Translations under genes and position numbers: made by a program
Assembly: GCF_000008385.1 (NCBI RefSeq)
Contig: NC_006833.1
Span: forward strand, 1 to 32,000
DNA: 32,000 nucleotides
Source: Wolbachia endosymbiont strain TRS of Brugia malayi
Lineage (GTDB): Bacteria; Pseudomonadota; Alphaproteobacteria; Rickettsiales; Anaplasmataceae
Direction: 5' to 3'
Notes under the pieces: model-generated
What the model was told of the DNA's origin: nothing
The model's input: the letters and a program-made list of their open reading frames with translations, nothing else
Databases searched by the model: none
Shown: in pieces, positions 20,371 through 29,504 of the stretch
Layout: each line of letters begins with the position of its first letter
How positions within the stretch are numbered: the first letter of the stretch is position 1

Positions 20371-20991
20371 ATGCTCGAATGTGAAAATTTATCCTGTATT
20401 CATAATGACAAAGTGTTATTTAAAAATCTTAGTTTTAAAGCTAAGCCAAAGTCAAAGGTCTTAATTACCGGTCCAAATGGTAGTGGTAAAACCAGCTTAA
20501 TTAGAAGTTTATCTGGACTATTGCCACCGGCATCAGGCAATATAAGATATTGCAAAAAAGATATATATGATGACCTAAAATCCTATATACCTTCTATGGT
20601 CTATATAGGGCATAAAAACGCCTGTAAGGATAGCTTAACTGTTGCTCAAAACATAGAATTCTGGGCAGGAATACGAAATACTAAGGAATTGATTATAGCT
20701 GCTATTTGTTGTTTGCAGTTACAGCCTGTATTTAATATTAAATATGGTGAACTTTCTGCAGGTTGGAAAAGGAGGGTTGCACTTGCTCGCCTCTTGGTTT
20801 CTGATGCAAGTGTTTGGCTAGTAGATGAACCATTTTGTAATCTTGATAGTGCAACGTGTGAATTAGTGCTAAATTTAATTTCAGTACGCTCTGAGCAAAA
20901 TGGTATAGTAATTATTACAGGACACAGCTCTACAGAGCAATTGTGTAGTTTTACAACAATCGACGTGTGTAATTTCAATAGTTATAGCTGA
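20371..20991 (+). CDS. ccmA: Heme exporter ATP-binding protein CcmA
   Basis: 206 aa ABC ATPase; Walker A GPNGSGKTSLIR, signature LSAGWKRRVALARLL, Walker B VWLVDEPF. The short-ABC layout with LSAGxKRR fits CcmA. Confidence 0.87.
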   Translation: MLECENLSCIHNDKVLFKNLSFKAKPKSKVLITGPNGSGKTSLIRSLSGLLPPASGNIRYCKKDIYDDLKSYIPSMVYIGHKNACKDSLTVAQNIEFWAGIRNTKELIIAAICCLQLQPVFNIKYGELSAGWKRRVALARLLVSDASVWLVDEPFCNLDSATCELVLNLISVRSEQNGIVIITGHSSTEQLCSFTTIDVCNFNSYS

Positions 20992-21138
20992 CATCCTCTC
21001 GCCATGTATATCAAGTTAATGATAACTACTCAAAGTTGTAAGTTAAAAATAAAATTGAATATTTGTGAGAAATAATTTATTATTGTTAATACTTTTTTAG
21101 TTAATTTGTTATAGCTTTTTCTAAATTCCTCGATTCAA

Positions 21139-21372
21139 AATGAGCATGATTTGAAAAATTTTTATTCTACATTTGTTAAATTGCCAAAATTTCCCAAAAC
21201 GAAGGAAGACCAACTAGAAAGTATAGTCGAAAAGTGGGTCTACTTTTCGATTATGCAGAGGAAACCAGTAAAATGGAGTTGGAAAGAATAATAGGAAGTG
21301 ATATAATAATCAAGAAAGTATATGAAGAACTAAATAAATTCAATTAGTCAGAAAAAGAATTCATATTAAAGC
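21139..21372 (+). pseudogene. Fragment of Rpn/PD-(D/E)XK nuclease family transposase-associated protein
   Basis: NEHDLKNFYSTFVKLPKFPKTKEDQLESIVEKWVYF(fs)FDYAEETSKMELERIIGSDIIIKKVYEELNKFN*SEKEF: one frameshift, one in-frame TAG where the family typically has Trp. Confidence 0.7.
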
Positions 21373-21395
21373 AGTGTATCAATTGATATTATATC

Positions 21396-22517
21396 TCAGA
21401 CTACAGGCCTTTCTATAGATGAAATTGAAAGTTTTAGTTTTAAGTCCTTCATAGACGCTACAGAACTGAGTAGTAACCCTATACATATTGAGCTTGCAGC
21501 GGTTGTACTTCCTCCATAAGATAAGAATGGCAATGGATCTCCTATTACAGGTAAAAGGCCTATTGTCATTCCGATATTTATAAAGAAGTGAACACCGAAA
21601 AAAGCAAAAATTCCAATAGATACTAACTTAGAAAAATAGTTTTTTGACCTGTAAGCAATAGAGAATATTATAGCAAGTAATGTTGTATAGAGTACAATCA
21701 AAGTCATGCTACCTAAAAATCCCCATTCCTCGCTAAGCACTGCAAAAGCAAAATCTGTATGCTTTTCTGGCAAAAATCCAAGTTGAGTTTGACTGCCGCT
21801 AACAAAACTCTTACCAAATAGACCCCCTGAACCAATGGCTATTTGAGATTGCTGTGCATTATAACCTATTCCAAGCGGATCCACCGATGAATCCAGAAAT
21901 GATAATATCCTTTGCTTGTGGTAAGAACGTAAAGAAGGCCAAATAGCTGGTATTACAAGAATGCTAATTATTCCATAAATTATTAAATGAGCTCTTTTTA
22001 TTATTGCTGTGAATATAATTGATGCCCCTATGAATAACATTATCACAGCTGTGCCTAAGTTAGGTTGCTTTAATACCAAGAATACGGGTAAGAAAATAAA
22101 TATCAGTGCTTTAAGCAGCCTTTGGAATTCCATCATTTTATACACACTTTGCTTATTAAAATAACGAGCAAGAGCAAGTATTAAACCAACTTTTGCAAAT
22201 TCTGATGGTTGCAAACTAATTGGTCCAATTCTTATCCACCTTGTCGCTCCCATTGTGTACAAGCCAAAAAAGTTTACTACTAGCAGCGAAATCACTGCTG
22301 CTATATAAAAAAAATAAGCATGCTTCAAATAGAAATCTAGCTCTATGAATGACATAGCTATAGCTAGTAAAAAGAAGAAGGAAAATATGACTAACTGGTG
22401 AATTGCAAATGGTGCCCACTTTCCTCCAGCAGAAGAATATTGAACAACTATACCAATGCAAAACAGAGCTATTACATTAGTGACTAATAACCAGTGAATT
22501 TTCTTTAGTCTATCCAC
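21396..22517 (-). CDS. mrdB: Rod shape-determining protein RodA (SEDS family)
   Basis: 373 aa; GATRWIRIGPISLQPSEFAKVGLILALARYF, AIGSGGLFGKSF.GSQTQLGFLPEKHTDFAFAVLSEEWGF, PFLSYGGST. Confidence 0.95.
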   Translation of the reverse strand: MDRLKKIHWLLVTNVIALFCIGIVVQYSSAGGKWAPFAIHQLVIFSFFFLLAIAMSFIELDFYLKHAYFFYIAAVISLLVVNFFGLYTMGATRWIRIGPISLQPSEFAKVGLILALARYFNKQSVYKMMEFQRLLKALIFIFLPVFLVLKQPNLGTAVIMLFIGASIIFTAIIKRAHLIIYGIISILVIPAIWPSLRSYHKQRILSFLDSSVDPLGIGYNAQQSQIAIGSGGLFGKSFVSGSQTQLGFLPEKHTDFAFAVLSEEWGFLGSMTLIVLYTTLLAIIFSIAYRSKNYFSKLVSIGIFAFFGVHFFINIGMTIGLLPVIGDPLPFLSYGGSTTAASSICIGLLLSSVASMKDLKLKLSISSIERPVV

Positions 22518-22568
22518 AACAAAAATCTTATGACCTTGAAGTATAGTAAAATATGAAAAAAATGAAGA

Positions 22569-24032
22569 TTAAAAAACCAGCTTTTCAACTACTAGCCGAA
22601 TTGGATTACTATATACTCCAACTACTAACGTTAAAGTTGCCATAAATAGTGGACAGAAAAGCATAGGAAATGGTACATCGGTTTTGCCCGATGTCATTTC
22701 AACGCATGATACTGCATCACTTTCAAAATACATTTTCTCAACTGCCTTCCACATGTATATCAATGCAAGGAAAGAACCGACAACAAAAACTATAAGAGAA
22801 ATCCGTGCATGAGATTCAATAATTACGTTTATTATATACCACTTGCTTATAAAACCATTTGTTAAAGGTACACCGACTAGTGCTAGGCTGAGTAGAGTAA
22901 ACGCAAAAGCTATATAAGGCATTGATTTCTTGAGCCCTGATAAATTCTCTATTTTTGTCGTGCCAAATTTATAAGAAATACATCCTGCAACCATAAATAA
23001 AGATGTTTTTATTATACTATGATTTATTATGTGGAGAATTGCTGCGGATAAAGCTATTTTTGAGTTTAGGCTCAGTACTAAGATTATATAACCAATTTGG
23101 CTAACACTAGAGTGAGCAAATAGTCTTCTTATATCTTTTGCAGTTATTGCAAAAATTGACCCAAATACGATAGCGCAAAGTGCAAGGATAATTATCACAT
23201 TGCTCAATGGCAATTTGAGCAAGAAGAAGTTTTGATGGAAGACAGTATAAAAGATTCTAATAAAAACATATATCATCACTTTGGTCACTGTACCTGAAAA
23301 GAATATGCTAACGAAACTTGGTGCCTCACTGTATGAGTTAACTAACCACCTGCTTAGTGGAAATAGTGCCATCTTGTTTGAGAGACCAACAAAAATAAAC
23401 AATGTACCAAGCTTTACGATGTTGTTATTATATAACGGCACTATTCTTTCAGCCATGTCAGACATATTGAGCGTTCCTGTCGTGGAATACAAAAGCCCGA
23501 TACCAAGTAAGTAAAATGTTGCACCTATTGTTCCGCTAATCAGATATTCAAATGCTGCAACCAGGGCTTTTTTATCCTTTCCCATTGAAACTAGCACGTA
23601 GGACGAAAGAGATGAAATTTCCAGAAAAACATAGAGATTAAATATGTCGTTTGTTACTAAAATCCCAAGTAGTCCGCTTAAGCACAATAGAAACAAGGAA
23701 TAAAGACCTGTGATTTTGTTTTTGCTAATCTCTTTTTCATTAATATAAAAGCTATAGAGTACACTTATCAGCGCTACAAAATTTACTAGAGTTAAAATTA
23801 AGGAATTTAACACGTCGATTCTTAACTCTATTCCGTATGGAGGAGCCCAATTTCCAAGGTGATAAGTTATAGTTTCGCCGTTGTATGTTTTTATGAGCAG
23901 CACCGATGAAATAAAAAGGGTGACTATTGTTGTAGTAAAAGAAATAAACCAAGACACTTTGTGTTTTCTAGTAAAAAAACAAAGCATCGATGCAATTATT
24001 GGTATAATAACTTGTAAAATTGGTAATTGCAT
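22569..24032 (-). CDS. Proton antiporter subunit D / NADH-quinone oxidoreductase subunit M/N-like membrane protein
   Basis: 487 aa polytopic; LVTNDIFNLYVFLEISSLSSYVLV, DIRRLFAHSSVSQIGYIILVLSL, HIINHSIIKTSLFMVAGCI, typical of MrpD/MnhD. Confidence 0.88.
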   Translation of the reverse strand: MQLPILQVIIPIIASMLCFFTRKHKVSWFISFTTTIVTLFISSVLLIKTYNGETITYHLGNWAPPYGIELRIDVLNSLILTLVNFVALISVLYSFYINEKEISKNKITGLYSLFLLCLSGLLGILVTNDIFNLYVFLEISSLSSYVLVSMGKDKKALVAAFEYLISGTIGATFYLLGIGLLYSTTGTLNMSDMAERIVPLYNNNIVKLGTLFIFVGLSNKMALFPLSRWLVNSYSEAPSFVSIFFSGTVTKVMIYVFIRIFYTVFHQNFFLLKLPLSNVIIILALCAIVFGSIFAITAKDIRRLFAHSSVSQIGYIILVLSLNSKIALSAAILHIINHSIIKTSLFMVAGCISYKFGTTKIENLSGLKKSMPYIAFAFTLLSLALVGVPLTNGFISKWYIINVIIESHARISLIVFVVGSFLALIYMWKAVEKMYFESDAVSCVEMTSGKTDVPFPMLFCPLFMATLTLVVGVYSNPIRLVVEKLVF

Positions 24033-24096
24033 TAAGTTGTTGTTAATAAGCTGTTAAAGTATTAGTATATATAATACTTTTTGTTTTAATACCCTT

Positions 24097-24411
24097 ATGT
24101 TATCTAAAACTTGTAATGCAATAAAGCGCCTGTTACAAAAGGAAAGTAGTTTTGTAGGGAAAGATGAAAATGGAAATTCTTACTATGAATCAAGTGAAGG
24201 AAAAAGGTGGGTTATGTATAGCAATGTCTCTGAACCCACGACGGTATCACCTGAATGGCATGTATGGCTTCACTACACTGATGATGCAATGCCAGTTAAT
24301 AGTAAAAAAAGAAAAATAAAGCGTATCCCCAATTTAACGGGTACAAAGGATGCATATTATCCAAACCAAAAAATAAAGAATTATTATGAAAGATGGAATC
24401 CTAATAACTGA
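24097..24411 (+). CDS. NDUFA12 family (complex I 17.2 kDa-like) protein
   Basis: 104 aa; VGKDENGNSYYESSEGKRWVMYSN..EPTTVSPEWHVWLHYTDDAMP. Confidence 0.88.
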   Translation: MLSKTCNAIKRLLQKESSFVGKDENGNSYYESSEGKRWVMYSNVSEPTTVSPEWHVWLHYTDDAMPVNSKKRKIKRIPNLTGTKDAYYPNQKIKNYYERWNPNN

Positions 24412-24413
24412 AG

Positions 24414-24869
24414 ATGCAAAGGTCAAACATACTTGAAATAACTGCCGGATTATTTGTATTGGTCTTTACTATTTTTCTGGCTTTCTTTGCTATAAATAAG
24501 CTGTCTGACATAAAAAAAAGCTATAAGGGTTGCTATAAAATATACGGCTTTTTTTCTAACGCCAACGGTATAGAAGTTGGTGACAGTGTCAAGATTTCTG
24601 GTGTAAATATTGGAAGTATAACTGGTATATCACTTGATAAGGCTACCTATGTGGCGCGGCTTGATATGTGCATAAGTAAAGACATAAAATTGCCAATTGA
24701 TAGCTCGGCTCTAATCACTAGCAGTGGAGTTGTTGGTAGTAAGTTTGTTAATATATCGCCTGGGTCAGGCATAAAACTAATTTCAAATGGTGGTAAGATA
24801 GAGTATACCCAATCTGAAGCAAATGTAGGTGGAATAATAGATAAAATCCTTAATATGTTTTCAAAATGA
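24414..24869 (+). CDS. mlaD: MCE/MlaD-type lipid transport periplasmic protein
   Basis: 151 aa; single N-terminal TM helix then FSNANGIEVGDSVKISGVNIGSITGISLD and ITSSGVVGSKFVNISPG. Confidence 0.9.
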   Translation: MQRSNILEITAGLFVLVFTIFLAFFAINKLSDIKKSYKGCYKIYGFFSNANGIEVGDSVKISGVNIGSITGISLDKATYVARLDMCISKDIKLPIDSSALITSSGVVGSKFVNISPGSGIKLISNGGKIEYTQSEANVGGIIDKILNMFSK

Positions 24870-25028
24870 AAATGACTAACTAAAGTTAGTACACTTTGCA
24901 CATAGGTCTACTGAGGCCTATCTGCGTTGCTTTGGTTAAAAGTCTCTGGGTAACTGCTTGGTGTTGTTTAGCGTTTAGATTGTCAAGATTGCTGTCCAAT
25001 ACGTTGTTCCCATAACAGTTGACTTCCT

Positions 25029-25590
25029 TTAAGAGTGGTGTAAAGCCCTTAATCTATCACCACCCGGCAGTGGTGATAAGCCAAATGCTTCCCTTTTTTC
25101 GTTGAGCATCATGAAGCTTGCGTTTTCTACGTGTTTCCACAACTTTTGTCTTTTTTCTATGAGATCTCTATTACATCTTTGTCGTATGATAAGCGTAAAT
25201 CCTCGCAAAATTTCAGTATTAGCCAAGAATTTAGGTGATAGACAATATTCTCTTGTGTCGGTAAAACTGTCTATTCCCAGAAGAATAGGCGGCTTCAATC
25301 AAATTGCTGTAAGTGTTATCATCTGGTATACTAAGCAGCTATGGTGGAACACCAAAAGCCAAAGCAACATCGCAAGCTGAGCTGTGTTTGGATTCAATAA
25401 ATCCATATCCCTAGGTGTCAGACTCATCTCCTTCTATTTTTCAAGCCTCCTTCGAGCAATATTGATCTTCCAGCGTTTATGGAACCTGAATAATGATAGT
25501 TTATCTGTTCTTTCAGGTGTTGATACTGCTCTTGACTTAAATTTCTACTATGTGTTTTTCTTCTTTGAAAAATATTAAGACTTATGTTTT
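25029..25590 (-). pseudogene. HK97/GTA-type phage portal protein, C-terminal half, frameshifted
   Basis: Joined minus frames: NLSQEQYQHLKEQINYHYSGSINAGRSILLEGGLKN(fs)EMSLTPRDMDF(fs)ESKHSSACDVALAFGVPP..LLSIPDDNTYSNLIEA.. then ..FLANTEILRGFTLIIRQ..RDLIEKRQKLWKHVENASFMMLNEKREAFGLSPLPGGD. Confidence 0.85.
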
Positions 25591-25664
25591 CCTCCTATTT
25601 GTTAAAAAAAATTGAATTTATTGAGAATTTGAAATTGCGGTGGAGTCAATGTAAGGTATTTAGT

Positions 25665-25790
25665 GTGAAGATATCATTCCAACGCATGACACTGGAATCC
25701 AGCCTATGAACATTATTTTGCTATTGCATAGTTCACAAACACTTTAATCCTAAATCCAATGCCAGTGTACTGGAACAATAGGAAACAGTG
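25665..25790. repeat. Dispersed palindromic repeat fragments between portal remnant and pnp
   Basis: CATTCCAACGCATGACACTGGAATCCAGCC and AATGCCAGTGTACTGGAACAATAGG resemble the 7147-7430 cluster. Confidence 0.6.
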
Positions 25791-25804
25791 CAAAAAGTCT
25801 ACTC

Positions 25805-28072
25805 TTAATAAAAACTTGATGATGAGTCATCATTACCAAATTTTGGTCTATTATTCCTATTACTGAAGCTAGAACGAGAATGAACAGGCCTCTTGCGGTG
25901 CCCAGATTTTCTATTAAATGGACTATTATAATAATCCCTGTCGTTTGAACTATCTTTCTTTTCTTCGTTATAAAGCTCGCCTTCAAAAAAATCACCTGTT
26001 TCTTGATCAACGCGGCGTCTTGACAGTTTTGGGCACCCACCTTTTTCAAAATCAATCACCAATGCTTTAAAAGTGTCACCCTGTTTAAGTATGCTCTCAA
26101 TAGATTCTATGTGCTGATTGGCTACTTCACTTATGTGCATTTTTCCTTTTCTTCCATTGAAAAGCTCAAGTTCTACAATAGACTTATCTATTTTTACAAC
26201 CTTAACATCAACTATAGCACCTTGCTCTAATTCTGTGATTGAGTCGATCATCATATTTTTTGCAATTTCAGCTTCAGCACTACTCATGGCAAATACAGAA
26301 ACTTTACCATCATCTCCTATTTCAATTTTTGCATTACTTCTTTCACATACACTGCGTATATTTTTCCCTTTAGCACCAATAGCTGCAGAAATTTTATCTT
26401 TATCTATGTAAAATGATACCATTCTTGGCGCGTGACCCTTCACGTCATCACTATGTTCTGAAATCACTGAATTCATTTTTTCTAAGATATGTAATCTTCC
26501 AGCTTTTGCTTGTTCTAAAGATTTTTCAACAATTTCGAAACTTATACCGGAAATTTTCATGTCCATTTGTAGTGCCGTGATTCCTTCACTGGTTCCTGCT
26601 ACTTTAAAATCCATGTCACCAAGATAATCTTCATCACCTAATATGTCGGAAAGTATTACATAATCGTTTTTATCTTTAATGAGGCCCATAGCAATTCCAG
26701 CGACAGGAGACTTTATTGGTACGCCTGTATCCATTAACGCGAGGGAAGTTCCACAAACTGTTGCCATAGAAGAAGAGCCGTCTGATTCCATGATTTCAGA
26801 TACTACTCTTATTGTATAAGGAAATTCAGATTTATCAGGTAAAACAGGATGAATTGCTTTCCAAGCAAGTTTACCATGACCAATTTCTCTTCTTCCTGGT
26901 GCGCGTATGGCAGAAGCATCTCCAACGGCAAATGAAGGAAAATTATAATGTAACATAAAATGTTCACGTCTATCCCCTTCAATGTCATCTACAATTTGCT
27001 CATCTTGTGTAGTACCAAGAGCAGTAACAACCAATGCCTGAGTACTACCTCTCGTAAATAGTGCAGACCCATGAGTTCTAGATAGAATATCAACTTCAAC
27101 TTCTATTTGACGTATTTCATCATACTTACGACCATCTATCCTTGTACCTTTCTCTCTAATTATTTTACGCAGTAAAGACCTTTCAAAGTTTTTTACCGCT
27201 TGTGTAATTAATTTCTCATCTTTTCCAGCTTCCTTGAGAGGATTCAATATATTATTTCTGATCGTTTCTAAAGTTTGAGCTCGCTCTTGTTTTACTGTTT
27301 GTGAATATGCTTCTTCAAAATCTTTACTGTGCTTTTCAAGATCTTGCATTATGTCTGATATGTCGATAGGAGCGAAACTATCGAATTTATTGCCAATTGT
27401 GTCAGCAAACTCTTTTATGAGCTTAATAACAGGTTGAAGGTGTTCATGGCCAAATTTTATTGCGTTCAAAATATTTTCTTCAGGGAGCTCTTTCGCCTCT
27501 GATTCAACCATCAAAATTGAACGCTCATCACCAGATAAAAACAGATCTAAACTGCTGACTTTCATCTCTTGAACAGAAGGGTTGAGTATATAGTTATTAT
27601 TTCCATCACATCCAACTAAAACTCCAGCTATAATAAAGTGAAAAGGAACACCGGAGATTGCGAGAGCTGCAACAGCACCAATCAATGCTGGCACTTCAGG
27701 AGGGTTAACTGTATCATAAGTTAATAAATTGCACACTATACTGATTTCATCATGGAAACCTTCTAAAAATAGTGGTCTTATACTTCTATCTATTACTCTT
27801 GAAATCAAGGTTTCTCTATCAGATGGCTTGCCTTCTCTTTTGAAAAAGCCACCAGGAATCCTACCCATAGCATAGCTTTTTGCGATAAATTGCACATTTA
27901 AAGGCAAGAAATCAACGATTTCTTCCTTCTTTTTACGTACAACAGTTACTAAAATAGAAGTGTCACCATAATTTACAACAACTGAGCCATCAGCTTGACG
28001 TGCTATTTTTCCTGTTTCTAAAGATAAGGTACGACCACCCCATTCTATAGATTTCTTTATAATTTCAAACAT
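25805..28072 (-). CDS. pnp: Polyribonucleotide nucleotidyltransferase
   Basis: 755 aa; GRQTG-type N-terminus (ARQADGSVVVNYGDTSILVTVV), FFKREGKPSDRETLISRVIDRSIRPLF, central GTRIDGRKYDEIR, C-terminal KH (IGAKGKNIRSVCE) and S1 domains. Confidence 0.98.
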   Translation of the reverse strand: MFEIIKKSIEWGGRTLSLETGKIARQADGSVVVNYGDTSILVTVVRKKKEEIVDFLPLNVQFIAKSYAMGRIPGGFFKREGKPSDRETLISRVIDRSIRPLFLEGFHDEISIVCNLLTYDTVNPPEVPALIGAVAALAISGVPFHFIIAGVLVGCDGNNNYILNPSVQEMKVSSLDLFLSGDERSILMVESEAKELPEENILNAIKFGHEHLQPVIKLIKEFADTIGNKFDSFAPIDISDIMQDLEKHSKDFEEAYSQTVKQERAQTLETIRNNILNPLKEAGKDEKLITQAVKNFERSLLRKIIREKGTRIDGRKYDEIRQIEVEVDILSRTHGSALFTRGSTQALVVTALGTTQDEQIVDDIEGDRREHFMLHYNFPSFAVGDASAIRAPGRREIGHGKLAWKAIHPVLPDKSEFPYTIRVVSEIMESDGSSSMATVCGTSLALMDTGVPIKSPVAGIAMGLIKDKNDYVILSDILGDEDYLGDMDFKVAGTSEGITALQMDMKISGISFEIVEKSLEQAKAGRLHILEKMNSVISEHSDDVKGHAPRMVSFYIDKDKISAAIGAKGKNIRSVCERSNAKIEIGDDGKVSVFAMSSAEAEIAKNMMIDSITELEQGAIVDVKVVKIDKSIVELELFNGRKGKMHISEVANQHIESIESILKQGDTFKALVIDFEKGGCPKLSRRRVDQETGDFFEGELYNEEKKDSSNDRDYYNSPFNRKSGHRKRPVHSRSSFSNRNNRPKFGNDDSSSSFY

Positions 28073-28086
28073 ACAAAATTCCTCGA

Positions 28087-28359
28087 TTATTTTCTGATGC
28101 CTAACTTCTCTATTAATTGCTGGTAGGCCTCGTCACCAAATTTACGCTTTATGTAATTTAAGTGCTTGCGTCTTCTACCTATTAATATAAGTAAACCACG
28201 CTTAGAATGATGGTCATGCTTGTGCACCTTAAAGTGCTCAGTTAAGTTACTGATCCTCTCGGTTAAAATTGCGCATTGTACAAAAGATGAACCTGTATCG
28301 TCTTCTTTAATTGCGTAAGTGTTTATTAAATTCTTTTTCTTTTCGGATGTTATTGACAT
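28087..28359 (-). CDS. rpsO: 30S ribosomal protein S15
   Basis: 90 aa; [50 protein letters not shown]; next to pnp, the classic rpsO-pnp order. Confidence 0.97.
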   Translation of the reverse strand: MSITSEKKKNLINTYAIKEDDTGSSFVQCAILTERISNLTEHFKVHKHDHHSKRGLLILIGRRRKHLNYIKRKFGDEAYQQLIEKLGIRK

Positions 28360-28703
28360 CTAAACCTCATTTCAAAATATTAAAAACACGAATAGGCTTT
28401 ACACAACCATAAATAAAGCTGCGGATTACAATGGGTACATTACCCACTATTGTATAATAAATATCATAATTTTTTAAATTACGCAAGTTGTTTAATATGA
28501 TTTTCTGACCTTTTCTGATTTTCTTTGCCTCTTCTTGCGGAAATTTCAATTTTAAACATTGCTTTTAAAGCTGATTCAATAGGGATGACGAAACTTTTTG
28601 TATTACTCACTATCACTCCATTACCTTCTGTCATCCCAGTGGTTGACAATATAATCCATTCTTCTTTTTTTTCTGTATTTCAGCGTCACGCGCTGGAATG
28701 ATG

Positions 28704-29358
28704 CTAAAAAGCAAATTTTTCAATAAGTTGTTCAATTGTCACTGATTCGACTCCTCTAAAATGATATACCATAGTTCTTCTTAGTTTTGTAATGTGTCCA
28801 AAGCAATTTAATGCAATTCCAAGATCCCAAGCAATTGACCTCACATATACGCCACTACCACATATCATAAAAAATTAGCACTATTGTTTAGTGTCAGCAG
28901 AAATCAATTTTAGTTCATATATTTGCACTTAGCGGAGTTTTATATTTACTTTTTGCCCGCTCCTCTGCTAATCTATGTGTCCTTGTTCCGTTGATTTTTA
29001 TTGCTGAAAATTAAGAAGGACTCTGTGTTATCTCACTAACAGAATTCTTGATTGTACTATTTATTTGATTATATTTAGGTTTTATGTTGCTAGCTTTGAT
29101 GATATTACCTTTTAAATCATCTGTGGTTCTTTGCTTTCCCTATTTTATTGTGAAATTGTGTACCTTTGAATTGTAGGATAAATATGGTATAGTCTTTGTT
29201 GCTTTACCAAGAGTAATTGGCAACACACCCGAAGCTAAAGGGTTAAGTGTTCCTAAATGACCAGCTTTTTTAATTCCAAAAGTCTTTTTAACCTGGGCTA
29301 TAGCTTGTGCAGAACTAATTCCTGTTGGTTTGTCAAGATTCAGCCAACCGTATGTCAT
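28704..29358 (-). pseudogene. truB: tRNA pseudouridine(55) synthase, disrupted
   Basis: MTYGWLNLDKPTGISSAQAIAQVKKTFGIKKAGHLGTLNPLASGVLPITLGKATKTIPYLSYNSKVHNFTIK* continues past a TAG: GKQRTTDDLKGNIIKASNIKP.., ..SAIKINGTRTHRLAEERAKSKYKTPLSANI(fs)YELKLISADTKQ.., ..CGSGVYVRSIAWDLGIALNCFGHITKLRRTMVYHFRGVESVTIEQLIEKFAF*. Confidence 0.92.
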
Positions 29359-29504
29359 ATATCAATTATATACAATTGAACAATTGACGATGTAGGAAGT
29401 AGCTAGAGATATAATTATATTAAATTATTATAAATAAAGCTTGACTAGTATGTGTTTTAATATATAATTAAATTTTTGTTAATTTTAATTAGGAGGGAGT
29501 TATT

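Noticed and set aside
25029-25298. 89 aa minus ORF taken at face value
   Set aside because: Its apparent start crosses frame changes in the portal remnant; the C-terminal half is real portal sequence, so it is treated as part of a pseudogene.
25750-26411. ORFs of 101 aa (-) and 97 aa (+) at the 3' end of pnp
   Set aside because: They overlap the well supported pnp gene in other frames.
28087-28359. Possible unusual feature in the rpsO-pnp pair
   Set aside because: rpsO followed by pnp is the ordinary bacterial arrangement.
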